DNA from: Chrysomallon squamiferum
Taxonomy: Eukaryota > Animalia > Mollusca
Direction of reading: 5' to 3'
Assembly: GCA_012295275.1 (NCBI GenBank)
Contig: CM022669.1
Span: 8,742,001 to 8,806,000 of the forward strand
DNA length: 64,000 nucleotides
The notes under the pieces: model-generated
The model's input: only the letters and a program-made list of their open reading frames with translations
The model's database searches: none
What the model was told of the DNA's origin: nothing
Part shown: positions 14,001 to 27,548 of the stretch, one piece after another
Position numbering within the stretch: the stretch's first letter is position 1
Layout of the letters: every line of letters begins with the position of its first letter
Translations under genes and position numbers: made by a program

Positions 14001-15185
14001 AAATAACAAGGTTTTTCAAATTTCCAATGTATTCAAGCATAAAATGAAAATTTGATCACTTTGCAAACTGAATGTAAATACATATGTATTACCAGTTATT
14101 TCAAATGATTTGATTTATTTTTTAACTTTGTTAATAGTAGTGCAAATTACATCTACTTATTTCTAAAAACACCAAAAAAAGTATATTTAGTTATGTATTA
14201 ATTATTTTATTTTTATTTCACGTTGAAAACAAAAAGAAAAAAAAGTTTTAAAATAAATTAAATATGTAAGTATGAACATCAAATTTCATGAATCCCTGAT
14301 GATCTGAAAGAGAATTTCAGTGATAATGGAAAAAAAAAAAAAAAAAAAAGTAGAAAATATGAGTATAAAAATGAGATGTTTGTACACAAAACAACAAGTA
14401 ACAACAAGAACAATGGTTGATCAGTGTTGGCCAATCAAATGAACTGTACAGTTAACAAACATTCTATTAACATTTTATATTTTTATATCTTAACTAACTC
14501 TACAACAAATATATTGTTTGGGAAAAAAAAAAAAAAATAATAATTGTAGATACCTTCTTTTTGTTCTGAAAAAAGATTAATTCCTTCAGTTAATAATGAA
14601 ATGCAATGATTCCAAGATAAAGTAGTGGTTAAAAACGTTTATAAAATACAAGACACAAAGTGACGGTAACAATGTTTGTTCAACTACAGACACATGTACG
14701 AAGAACCTCAAATCAGTAAACACAATGCAGTTAACATTTTTGGTAACAATCATTTAAAAAAAAAAAAAAGTACAAAATTTACTTCTCCTATCAAGAAGTC
14801 TTTGTGTAGATTTCACTGAATAGTTTAGAATATGTTAATGTTGAAAGTATAGACACAAACGAGTAGTTTTTACAAATGTACGATTTATCATACATCACAA
14901 GATGTGTGACAGCAACTACAACAACATCTGTTATAACTCACCCTGAAAAATACAGTTTGAAAAAAAAAAATTGTCTATTCTTTGTTCTTTTCTACTAAAT
15001 CAGTATGTCTCTTGTAACAAATCCACTTCTTTTTATTTAGATGTACGTCACAAAAATGAACACAAAGTTTTTCACTGGAACAATCACACAGTAACAAACT
15101 CCGTATGTAGGTAACACTGCAGCTTTAACAAACGTTAAAAACCAGTTTTGACAAATTTCAGTCTTTGTTTACAAAACAATTTGAA

Positions 15186-15218
<33 letters not shown>

Positions 15219-15374
15219 GAATGAAATGACAGAATAAAAGAAAAACAAATCTTTGATGAAAGAATACCGTTATTTAAAATAATACACACAAATGTTAATA
15301 ATTGTTACACACAGGTGAAACATTTCTCACAGTAAATGTAACCCTTTGACTCCACACAGTGTCAGACAGCACTA

Positions 15375-15625
15375 AACTTTCACTGGTGTTCAGTTTTAAC
15401 CTTTCTATGATGTTTCTAGTACAAATATAACCTTTCAATGGTGTTTCTAATGCACATCATTTTCTTTTTTTTACCTTTCAGAGGTGTTTCTAGTATGAAC
15501 ATCACATATAAACCTTTCAGTGATGTTTCTAGTATATACATCATTTTTAACCTTCCAGTGATGTTTCTAGTATATACGTCATTTTTTTTTTAACATTTCT
15601 GAGGGTGTTTCTAGCAAATACACCA
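15375..15625. repeat. Tandem repeat (~32-45 bp unit) in MEF2 3' UTR
   Basis: Recurring aacctttcagtgatgtttctagta. Confidence 0.75.
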
Positions 15626-15829
15626 TTTGTCTGTGTTGAATTATCTACAAACATGATACCTAAAATAACAAACTGTTACAGCCACACAAATGTTACCTGT
15701 ACAAGCAGAGCTGATTATGACAAACACTGCTTCACAGAGGCACACACGCATGGAGATCAAAGGGTTAATATGTAGAGAAATACAGCTAAGTATAAAACAT
15801 ACCACTCTTCTAACTTTAGATACACCTTG

Positions 15830-18800
15830 TCAATCATCTACTGACGACCGCCCCCGTTTCTCAGGAGGCTCCGCCTCTTCATCTGGGGCCGGGGGTGGTG
15901 TCCTGTGTCTCGCCTGAGACGGTGAGATGGAGTGGTCATGGTTGGGCGATACTGGTTCCATCTTGATTATGCCACCAGTATTTTTCATTGATGATAATGG
16001 GATCTGTATATGTTGTGTTGTAGCAGCAAGCGAAAGTGAACCCCTGAAATAATAAACACAGTGTAAATTATATACTTCACACAGGTAGGAGATAGTTACA
16101 GATAAATTCATAATAAAATAATAATTACTGATGTAAAACTTAAATGAAATGGATTTCGTAATAAAATAATAAACACTGATGTAAAACTTAAATGAAATGA
16201 TTTCGTAATAAAATAATAAACACTGATGTAAAACTTAAATGAAATGATTTCGTAATAAAATAATAAACACTGATGTAAAACTTAAATTAAATGATTTCGT
16301 AATAAAATAATAAACACTGATGTAAAACTTAAATGAATTCATAATAAAATAATAAACACTGATGCAAAACTTAAATGAGTTCATAATAAAATAATAAACG
16401 CTGATGTAAAACTTAAATGAATTCGTAATAAAATAATAAACACTGATGCAAAACTTAAATTAAATGAGTTCATAATAAAATAATAAACGCTGATGTGAAA
16501 CTTAAATGAAATGATTTCGTAGTAAAATAATAGACACTGATGTAAAACGTACCCAGGTGTTAGTGCTAGACCTGACGACTGTATTGCTGCTGTTAGCGGT
16601 CCTTGGTGGCCTGCCATCCACTGGCTTACGAGGGGAGATAATCCTGCTAGGTCTGCGCTGCTTAGTTGAAAATCTCCTGCAGAGAAGACAAAAAAACAAA
16701 AAAACAAAAAACAATATCAACAATTTTGTCAAAAGCAGCCACAGAAGAAGAAAAAAAAATAGCTGTTGAACTTTTTGAAACCAGCATGTTTTCCTTTTCT
16801 GTACAAAATGTTTACTGTGTCAGTTACCTCCTTCAGTTTAATTAGGTAATAAAAATATGTTTGTCTCTAGTGTATTGTCACACGATCTGAATTCTTACAC
16901 AAATGTGTACTTTAGATAAAATATACATCAAGAACTGCCTAGTTTTTAAAAACTGAATTAACAAGAAAACAACGCATATATGTAAAGTTACCTGATAACA
17001 GTGATGTAGGTATGGACGGATTGGTTGCGTTAGCTGGAGTCACTAATCCTGACACAACAGGTGTTTCTAGACTATGACTGGCCGGTCTCGCTGGGCCCTG
17101 ACCCTGTACAAAATATCATCACTCAGTCACATTATTAGTTACTTCTGATTAGAAGTGCTATAATCCAACAATATATTTAATAATACAGAACATCTAAAAA
17201 AAAAAAATCTAAAAAAAATCATTTACAGCCATGTGTTGTTATTGTTTTTTTTTATTCATCTCAAATATTACTTTCTATCTGATTTGCAATCAAAGTGAAA
17301 ACTCACATGAGCATGAATTGCAACTGGGACAACTTGAGGCATTGTGCGTGGAGGGATGACGACTTTCAGGTTAGGTTTGTTTTTTAGACTCGGGTCTTGT
17401 GCAGGTTCTTTCATGGGTGCTGGCGATGTGCTCGACTGCTGAGCTGATTGCTGCACTGTGCTGGGAGCAGGACTCAGTCGACTTCCTACAACAACAACAA
17501 CATCTTTATGACTTAACTTTTATATATAGTTTGTTATTAAAATATAAAAATGATAACACAAAATGAATGTGCAGAATCTGGTGTTAAAATATAAAAATGA
17601 TAACACAAAATGAATGTGCAGACTCTGGTGTTAAAATATAAAAATGATAACACAAAATGAATGTGCAGAATCTGGTGTTAAAATATAAAAATGATAACAT
17701 AAAATGAATGTGCAGACTCTGGTGTTAAAATAAAAATGATTACACAAACCTGAAGGGCTGGGTGCAGAGTTTGTTGGTGCCTGTGATGAAGGCTGGAGAA
17801 GTAAAATAGAACTTCCAGAACTTGCTGATGGTGTTACCGTGGCAACGCCTTGTGTTGAATTCACTGGGACTGCGACAGGCATGTGAGGGTATGAAGAAAC
17901 TTGGTAGGTCGACTGTAAGTTTTTTGAAAAAAAAAAAAAAAAAATTTCAAAAAAATGTAATAAACAGTCCTAATTCAAATATTTGACAATAAATTCATTT
18001 ACTTAATTTTTGTTTTCTTTAATAAGGATACAAATATTAAAATAATTTATTAATTAAAAAAACATAAAAGAAAAAGAAACATGTTAATGACAGAAAACAA
18101 ACTGATAAAGCAATATCAAATGTATTTACATTTATACCCTTTTCCTAACTTCCAATAAAATATTTTAGTGGACAATAAAAAATATTGTGAATAATTATCC
18201 CTCAATATATTTAAATTTGTTTATGTAGTACATAAAGAAAAGAATTAATTTGCTCTCAGTGTATGTAAAATGTATGAAGGTAAAGAGATTACTACTGGTG
18301 GTTGCTGCATCACTCGCGCATACTCTGCATCTATCTTCTTGTACGTTTCCTCAGTCCTTGGTGTCAGAGTGAAGTCGTCATCATCTCCATCCATGCTGTC
18401 ATTTCCCCTCAACTCCTTTTTGTTCAGCAACTAAACAAACATTTACATAAAATATACACATAAAAATCTTTGACTCGAATAAACTTCATTGCAACAAAAC
18501 CAATTCAAAAAATATTCCTACTCTTACTGACAATTAATTTTATTTGTAATCAGATATTCAGAAAAACACAGCCACACATGACTTTTTAATATTCCAGTTA
18601 CACAACACTGACTAGAACAGGTTAAATTTCGCTCATGAGAACTAGTCCTGCAATCTACCGTTTGCCAGGCGAGTGGCCCAAAACCAGCAGACACACTATG
18701 AGATGTATTTGTTGTAATAAAACTGGATGACTATTTTGTGTAAATCACGTACCTCCAGTATGTCTTTGTTAGTCTGACTGACCACAGTGTCGTTGTACTC

Positions 18801-20191
18801 TGTGTACTTGAGGAGGACTTTGTCCATGTCCGAGCTGGCGTACTGGTACAGTTTGTTGTTGCTGGTGAAGATGATGAGAGCGATCTCGCAGTCACACAGC
18901 ACACTCAGTTCATACGCCTTCTTCATCAGCCCGAACTTGCGTTTTGTAAACGTCACCTAAAACATCAGTTAAACAAATTATATAAACATTTACAGGTTAA
19001 AACTCAGTTTTATAAACATCAGTTAAACAAATTATATAAACATTTACAGGTTAAAACTCAGTTTTATAAACATCAGCTGAAACTAATATTTACACTAAAA
19101 CCTAGTTTTATAAATATTAACTGAAGTAAATTAAAAACTAATATTTATATCAGTTAAAACCTAGTTTAATAAAATTAATAAAAACTTATAAACTAAGGTT
19201 AAAACAGTTACAGGTTAAAACTAGTTTTATAAACATCAACTGAAACTAATATTTACACTAAAACCTAGTTTTATAAATATTAACTGAAACAAATTATAAA
19301 CTAATATTTACATCAGTTAAAACCTAGTTTTATAAATATTAAGTAAAACAAATTATAAATATTTATATCAGTTAAAACTTAGTTTTATAAATATTAACTA
19401 AAACAAATTATAAACTAATATTTACATCATTTAAAACCTAGTTTTATAAATATTAACTGAAGTAAATTACAAACTAATATTTATATCAGTTAAAACCTAG
19501 TTTTATAATTATCAACTAAAACAAATTATAAACTAATATTTACATCATTTAAAACCTAGTTTTATAAATATTAACTGAAGCAAATTACAAACTAATATTC
19601 ACATCAGTTAAAACCTAGTTTTATAAATATTAAGTAAAACAAATTATAAATATTTATAATAGTTAAAACTTAGTTTTATAAATATTAAATAAAAACAAAT
19701 TATAAATATTTATATCAATTAAAACTTAGTTTTATAAATATTAAATAAAAACAAATTATAAATATTTATATCAGTTAAAACTTAAGTTTTATAAATATTA
19801 ACTGAAACAAATTATAAACTAATATTTACATCATTTAAAAACTTAAGTAAAAAAGTTATAAACTAATATTTACATCATTTAAAACTTAAGTTTTATAAAT
19901 ATTAACTAAAACTATTACAAAGTAATATTTATATCAGTTAAAACTTAGTTTTATAAATATTAACTGAAACAAATTACTAATATTTATATAATTTAAAAGC
20001 TAGTTTTATAAATGCTGCCTGTAAAAAGACAAATTATCATTGCACATGCAGTTGGTAAAGAGTAGTTGTATGTATCTAAATGTGAACTATGTTAATGAAC
20101 AAAACCAGCAACATAATAAATTAAATTATCTTCAAACCTGTCTGTTCCTCTCATCATTAATTCTTGTTATCTGTATTTTCTTACGACCCAT
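15830..20191 (-). CDS. MEF2: Myocyte enhancer factor 2 (MADS-box/MEF2 transcription factor)
   Basis: Coding exons (minus): 20191-20138 ([18 protein letters not shown]), 18956-18753 ([41 protein letters not shown]), 18430-18293 ([16 protein letters not shown]), 17912-17750, 17485-17307 ([13 protein letters not shown]-docking-like), 17103-16992 ([13 protein letters not shown]), 16676-16553 (FQLSSADL), 16043-15830 ([14 protein letters not shown], stop). All phases match. Confidence 0.97.
16105..16548. repeat. Minisatellite (~39-44 bp unit, ~10 copies) filling the last MEF2 intron
   Basis: taataaaataataaacactgatgtaaaacttaaatgaa repeated up to the donor at 16552. Confidence 0.9.
17537..17745. repeat. 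Minisatellite (47 bp unit, ~4 copies) in MEF2 intron
   Basis: ttaaaatataaaaatgataacacaaaatgaatgtgcagaatctggtg repeated up to the donor at 17749. Confidence 0.9.
18960..20012. repeat. Minisatellite (~55-58 bp unit) in the MADS-box intron
   Basis: aaacaaattataaactaatatttacatcagttaaaacctagttttataaatattaactg repeated over about 1 kb from the acceptor at 18957. Confidence 0.9.
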
Positions 20192-20720
20192 TTTATCAAA
20201 CGATGATGCACTTTGCCTGAAAAAAAATTAAACACTGATTTAATTAATAAGTAAACATTAATTTAAAAAAAAAAAATTCAGTCATACAGAATCATTTGTA
20301 ATTTACTAGAGTGTTAATTGTTACAGTAATGCTTTGCATGATCCTGCTAAAAAACACACACACACACACAAACATTCACCTCTGTAACTCAACTCCTATG
20401 CAAACTTACTAAAAAAAATTATGATTGCTTTTTTCTTAAACTTATTCTTAGAAGAAAACTTGAGAAATGTTTTAAACAATCCAGCATTACAGATATGTTG
20501 CAGTTATCATCTATTCAGAAATACAGTAGTCTGAAATATAAAAAAAATGACAAGTACTCATAATAAACAAAGACAACAATCAGTACTCAGGCTGTGTAGT
20601 CACCATGTTGATGTACAAAATGTTTGAGAAGTAATAATATATTACAAAGAAAACAAACCCAGACATTAAAGAAAAGCAAATCCACACTAAAACATTTAGC
20701 AGTGAGAAGGGATTCCCCTA

Positions 20721-20738
20721 CAGCTGATCTAAAAATAG
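20721..20738. promoter_or_regulatory. E-box (CAGCTG) plus consensus MEF2 site (CTAAAAATAG) upstream of the MEF2 start codon
   Basis: CAGCTG at 20721-20726 and CTAAAAATAG at 20729-20738; motif match only. Confidence 0.45.
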
Positions 20739-22299
20739 TGTTGACATCAGACTGCAGGACTTGTTTCAACTTGACGTCTGTCGTCACTGATTCACACAGG
20801 CTGATTTCATTTCTATTTTTGTACCACCACAGCCATATCATTGTTAAAACCAATAAAATCACTTTTCTTAGTCTGGGTTTCTGCCAACTTTGTGTTGTGA
20901 CGTTTTCTGGTGTTTTACACACAATCTTGTGTCATAACTGTCTGTTCATCTGAAAACTGTAATTTCTGTAAATCACAGATCAATTATGTGTCTACATGTT
21001 TAGATAAAAATGAAATTAATCTGATTGATCTGACTGCAAGCTTACTCAGCAACTGTTTGATTAAATACAAATGTAAGGAAATATTTCTGATCAAATCTAA
21101 TCAATGATCAACTAATTAGTAAGATTATTAAATACATATTATTTTATACATGATGCTAACATAAAATGCTTAATGACATATTTAAATATTAACAGTTATT
21201 ATGAACAAAGATGTAGTTAACTATTTTAACAGTTGTTACAATTAAACATGTTTTTGATTTTTACCTGATATCTGAAAAGAATAGGATATCACCTAGTTTG
21301 GGGCAAGAGTTGGAATGAGACAAAACATAACAGATCCATGTGAAATGAGGACTGTGCAAGATTTCTAGTGTTCACGTCAATTCAGTAAGACGTCTACTTA
21401 AATAACTAAAAGTAACAATCTACATTTTCATTTACCTATTTAAACCATCCAATATAATACCACTGAACCTGCTGAAAGCATCCAATTGTTCTAAAAGGGC
21501 AGATATTTGAGTGTACTGTTCTATACTGTAAGATATCTATTTTGTGTAAAAATTACTATTCACTCCAGTTGCACTGACTGCATAGTAAAACTGAGTAACA
21601 ACTGTCAGAAAAGAGAGAAAAAAAGAACCTAACAATGACATTTAATAGCAATAAAGATTTTTTTTTTTAAAATGAGTATTTAAAGCTAACAAACACAGAT
21701 TAAATGATACAGCACTATATACAGCTGTTGTTAGAGAAGAAAAAATTATAAAAAAATTTGGAGATACATAGACACAGTTTTAATAGATTTCATTTGTTTG
21801 CTCATTTTATTAAAAGACAGAGCTTTGATGAGTAATTCCAATTAGTGAACCTGAACAAGATAACACTTTAGTTTGTTATGTTGACTTTGTTCTAATTGAG
21901 GTTTCTAAAGTTCTATAAACATTGTGTTGATAATTAATGATAGTGGCAGTTTGCTTATCTCAAATAAGCAAATTCACTTTAATTAAACTGTTTAAAATTT
22001 ATCTGTTGAGCGGGTAAATTTTGGTTCACCAGGAAGCCAGTTACACTAAGAAACATGCCAAGGGGAGAAAATTTGTATCTGTGACTCAGCCTAAATTACA
22101 AACATGCACACAAGGAACTAAAATCCAATAAATATGTTTTCTATCTAGAGAAAATTAAATCCTTGTACAGTGGTTTATAACAAAACTCAGATTATGAGTA
22201 TTAAATATACCTTATAAACACCACACTAAAACAAACTCCAAAATCTAAACATTTCCTATTTTTATCAGCAATGTTTAATAAATACTAAATTAATAACAA

Positions 22300-22570
22300 A
22301 TTGATCAAGAACTATGTTAAATTAATAAACTTATTATCATAAACTGTTAAACTTAATAAGTGTTATAATAAATTGTCAAATCAATAAAAAGAACTATGTC
22401 AAATTAATAAAAGTATTATCGTAAACTGTTAAATTAATAAGTTATTATTATAAACTATATTTAATTAATAAAAATATTAAAAAACTGTTAAATTAATAAA
22501 AGTATTTTTTACAATGTTAAATTAATTATAAACTCTATTAAATTAATAAAAGAATTATTATAACCTGTTA
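22300..22570. repeat. Degenerate AT-rich minisatellite (~29 bp unit)
   Basis: Recurring aactgttaaattaataaa. Confidence 0.65.
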
Positions 22571-23339
22571 ACTCTATATTCAATACATTCACAACATAAA
22601 TAACAATTTACAGTTTTTCTTTTATTACTAGTACTTTTAATATTTATTTTAAGTTTCTAAATGTATTTGCTATTATATTTCATAAAACTTTAAAAGGTTA
22701 CTGTGAAGATAAAAAATATACAAATACATCATTACAAAAAATGACAGTACAAAAAAAACCATGTCATCTGTCCTTTCAAATTTTCTAAAACTTACCATTA
22801 ACACCAATATTAAACACATTTGATATCACATATACTGAAAACTATATAACAATTTTATCACTACTAAGACATTTACACACATCTAAATAAATTTGTACTT
22901 CCAGTAACATTTTTACAAATATTTATTCACACTAATCAACACTGATTTTATAACTGAAGTAAAAAGCAGATTTACATGTGTCAATAAAATAAAGAAGTGA
23001 AATTCTAACTGTACAAACATTTGATTTAAAAAATTGTTATAAATAAAATATATCAAGTACTGCAAGATGAATAATCATATTTTAATACTAATAACTTGAC
23101 AGCTTGTTGTTTCAATTAAATGTACATTTTTTACAAGTTCTTGTTTAACGTTTTACGTTATTTATCATTTCTTTATTTTTTCTTTAATTTTTTTTTTATT
23201 ACATTTTAAAAATTAAATACATATAAAATTATAGAATATTAGTAACTGTATAAAGTATAAAAAATGGTGCTCTACAATGATGTGTAATTATTAACATAAA
23301 AAGTAATAACTTGTTTAAGTGAGACAAGAACAGACTCTG

Positions 23340-24310
23340 GTTCTAGGTGAAGTATACACCTCCCAGAGCGTCCCTCCCAAATAAGGAAGTCTAACTATGA
23401 ACATCTCAGTCATCTGATTAACTTTTAACTTGTTACACATTCATTTATTGATAAAATGATACATTATAAAGTAATAAATAAAATTCAGATTTCGCGTCTG
23501 ACAATCAAAACAGAAGATATTAATAACTCGGACCAGGTTAACGTTGTTTGAATCGTTAGTTTCGATGTCTCCGATGTCGACATGTAGGTGCCCTCGTTTT
23601 ACTCCAAACTTTTGCTTAACAAAACGAAGCCATTTTACCCTTCCAACGCCAACTACTTTACACATATATTTTCTGATATACAGTTTATAATTCTTACCAA
23701 AACAATACCACGAGATGTGCAAAAATATCCAGGCGATTTCTATTTTTAGTGTCCAGTGAAATGTTGCTCAGTAAAATCTACAACTTGTGCTATTTTAGGG
23801 AATGGAAATTACTATGGTATTTATAGATATTTCCAATATGGCGATCACTGCGCTTGTCACGGAGAGGGTGATCATTTTGTGACCTTCGAATTTCGATATA
23901 ATATATAACAGTCTGAAGTGAGAACTATGAATAATCATACAGCGATATAAAACCTATAATATAAAATTACATCATCAAAATACAGTTGATATCCAGTATA
24001 AAAATACAAAAACTATCTTTTAATGCGCATATGTTTTACTTAGTAATTAGGTTCACAAATGTCACATCCGGTTTAAAATTACACAGAATTTTATTAAATA
24101 ATGTTGGTGCGTTTGTATCATACTAATTCTAGAAGAGAGAAATAAAATAAATGGTATATATGTTTAAATGTACGATATATCTAACTGTTATAATGTCTTG
24201 GATGGCACAGTCGCACAAGGCGCGATTTAACTGCATGCATTACGTCATGGTAATAGTCGTCAGAGTGCGCGTCGGAATACTTCGTGTTTCTCCGTTGTCA
24301 GGCCGATGAC
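23340..24310 (-). promoter_or_regulatory. Probable MEF2 promoter / first non-coding exon region
   Basis: Local rise in CpG dinucleotides; CArG box CCAAATAAGG 23377-23386; MEF2 site CTATTTTTAG 23740-23749; near-matches at 23790 and 23817; YY1-like AATATGGCG near 23835; CRE-like TTACGTCA near 24240; candidate minus-strand donors at 23638 and 23697. Confidence 0.5.
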
Positions 24311-24554
24311 AAAGCAATTCATTCAAAGAAATAAAATATTTTCTTATAAATCATGCTCCTAACATATTTAGGCACACTTTATATACGGAAGATTAAAACC
24401 TTTTGGCCGAGTCAGCACTGCATAACAAACGTTTTATTGCATTATATAATATTTATGACAAGATATAAAAATAATGTTCTTACTTTGTTATATTTCATGT
24501 TGATACACTGCATGAGTTTGTCATCTTATGTTAAATTATCATCGTCATCATTAC

Positions 24555-24607
<53 letters not shown>

Positions 24608-24879
24608 TCATTTACGATTATTTATATAAACAGAAGACTTAAATAATAATATATATTATTATTTAAGTTTACTAATCATATCTACTATTTATTTTAATCT
24701 TTGAACTCATTACAAATGGTTCAAAGCAAAGATCCCTTTTTATTTTATTTTATTTTATTTTGTTAATGATAAGAAATTCCAGAAAGAAAGAAACTAGTGC
24801 CAAGGAACTTCAAGCATACATTAAAATTGATTATATATTTTATTTATTATTTTTATCATTCACACATACTGTATTGTAT

Positions 24880-25140
24880 GTACGTGTTGTATTCTAATTG
24901 TGTTGTACGTACAATGTTGTATGTACAGTGTCATAATCTCATTGTGTTGTATACATACAGTGTTCTATGTACAATGTAATTTCATTGTGTTGTACGTACA
25001 ATATATTCTCATTGTGTTGTACATAAGGTGTTGTATATAGTGTTGTATTCTCATTGTGTTGTATGTACAGTGTTGTATTCTCATTGTGTTGTAATTTCAT
25101 TGTGCTGTATGTACGGTGTTACATATACAGTGTTGTATTT
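24880..25140. repeat. Degenerate minisatellite (~30 bp unit)
   Basis: Recurring ctcattgtgttgtatgtacagtgttgtatt. Confidence 0.75.
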
Positions 25141-25403
25141 AAATAATTCAATATTTGTTTTTCACAAATTATTTTAATTTAAAAAACTGCCACTTTTACA
25201 CAAGAATACTTTTTTCTTGTTAAAACATTGATGATAAAAATATAAAATGTTTGGTTTTCAGTACACAAAAATGTAAAATATTAATCCTCACTGGCAACAA
25301 AATTATTTCTCTTATTATTCATAGAATTACATTTCTATACTGTAATAGCCTATCTGCTGGTGTACATGTATCTGTGTGTTTTTGTATGCATGCATCATGC
25401 ATG

Positions 25404-25405
<2 letters not shown>

Positions 25406-25460
<55 letters not shown>
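25406..25460. repeat. (TG)n microsatellite
   Basis: Pure TG run. Confidence 0.95.
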
Positions 25461-25461
<1 letters not shown>

Positions 25462-26699
25462 AGTTGTCAACATGGGTTTTTTGTTTCTGTTTTAATGAAA
25501 TGTATTTTGCTGTTATATTTTCAGTGTTGTTATCACTTTGTTCTTGAAACATATTGATCAACAACATATGAGTAATCACAATTTTTTATTAGAACAAATT
25601 ATAAAAATGAGCATTCTATTAAATGAGACATATTCAAACAGGAAAATAAATAATGAAAATTATACAAACCATAAAATAAATTATACAGGTTACAAAGGTG
25701 GATAAAAAAAAAAAGAAACAAAAGGAAATGTAAAAAGAATGTCGAACAAGAAATTGATTATATATTTATTAAATATGGTGTGCTTGTGAAATATTGTGAT
25801 AGTTCAAACCTGCTTACATATTTACACACACACACACACACACACATACTGTGTATATTTAAAATATATGTATATAAGTGTACAAGTGTGTACTACGTGG
25901 TAGGTATGTAGTTATCCAAAGACTTACTTTTGTTCTTTCTTTTTGTCACTGACTTATTATGACAATTTTTCTTCCTTATTTAAAATAAATATGACTTTAT
26001 GGTAGATGTTAAATGAATAATTTACTGTATGGAATATATAAGAAAAATCTTGACAGTAAAACCAACAGCATTTAAAATAATACTAAACTTGTTTTAGAAA
26101 TAATGAATAACTGTTAGAAATTATTTAAAAACTTATTTTTTATTTTTCATTATTTTATTTTATTTTATTTTATTTTATTTATAATTCAAAAAAAACAAAA
26201 AAACAACCTTTCAGTAAAAGAGAAAGTAATAATAATATTAATAATGAAAAAGAAGGAAATGAGAATAACCCTACGCGTTGTGCATATTTTGAGGATATGA
26301 ATTAAGTTTTCAGAACTTCTCTCATGATGTTTTCAAAATGTCATGAATTACTGGCCTTTATGAATTCTTTAACTGCCTTGTTTATTTAATTATTTTAATT
26401 ATTAGCATTGTTACATATGTATAATTATCATTATTATTTCATTTTTGTTTTGACAGTTTTACTCCAAGGAGTATCGATGCAGCAAATTATTAAGATGGTA
26501 ATAAGGAGTTAATAAAAATATTTAAATGAAATAAAGAAAGAAGACCTCCCCAGTTTAAATGAGATCACTGATAAATAATTGCATATGAAATAACTGTTGT
26601 TCAAAGAATGAGATCAAACAGATAATGGCAGTTTGCTGTACCAACATTTTATCTAAATTTTAAAATAAATAATGAATAATGAAATATTTTCTGATAAAT

Positions 26700-26885
26700 G
26701 TATAATAATAAAATAACAATGAAATTGTGATAATGGAAATACAGTGAAATTATTATAATAAAAAGACAATGAAATTGTGATAACTGAAATACAATGAAAT
26801 AATAATAATAGAAATATAATGAAATGATGATAATAAAAATACAATGAAATGATGATAACAGAAATAAAATGAAATCATGATAACA
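26700..26885. repeat. Low-complexity tandem repeat (~23-27 bp unit)
   Basis: Recurring aatgaaat..gataa. Confidence 0.6.
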
Positions 26886-27548
26886 GAAACAGAGTTCTGA
26901 ATATACCTGAGACACAAATTACAAACACATAAAAATTACATAAACACAGAGACATACAAACATACATCCAGACAGAGTGTTCACAACTGAAACAAGAAAA
27001 ATGAAACCCAAAAAGTTTTTTAATGGACAAACATAGACATTTTTGGAAGGACCTGAAGTAGAAACATAAATGTGGTGGGAAAAAATGTACAGTAGAACAT
27101 TTTGAAAGTTTACACATTTCATTAACATTTTTGTAAAATTCAATGTATACACTGAAAAAGTGTCTTGTAACATTTCGGTGTTTATAAAATGTATTCCTTT
27201 TCATTAAAGATACATCAAAGACTAATGTAGATTTGCTTACACTGCTTTTTACCAAGGTGTACATCAAACTAGTTTCCAAAGAAAATGTATTTTATGTTTT
27301 TTACTTTTTTAACTTTAAAATATTAATTGTTGCATTACAAATCTGCCACTTTTAATAATTATCTAGAATGAAATGTAAATTTTCACGTCACTTCTGAAAT
27401 TAGTGCTAATAATAAATTTCTAGTAAAAATAATTGAACAAATTTTTTACAGGTTTAACAATGCAGTTGTTTAGTTTTTTCTTGTTTATTTCTAAACTAAA
27501 TTTATCATATAACCCCAGAAATCTGTCATCAATTTGAAAATTGTATAT

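Noticed and set aside
18590-18700. GC-richer intronic patch (and a similar one near 22000-22100) as an ncRNA
   Set aside because: No C/D, H/ACA or tRNA hallmarks seen; probably repeat remnants that I cannot classify.
18960-20012. Intronic satellite as an array of MEF2 binding sites
   Set aside because: Units contain TTATAAATAT-type sequences that lack the TAR end of the YTA(W)4TAR consensus.
20587-20953. 111-aa (-) and 109-aa (+) ORFs as independent genes
   Set aside because: Non-ATG starts, no recognisable motif; better explained as MEF2 leader/regulatory sequence.
25251-25557. CVCVCV-type ORFs (also THTHTH at 50065, ERERER at 63184, LSLSLS at 63311)
   Set aside because: Dinucleotide microsatellite translations; only the start of the 63184 ORF belongs to the CH25H-like fragment.
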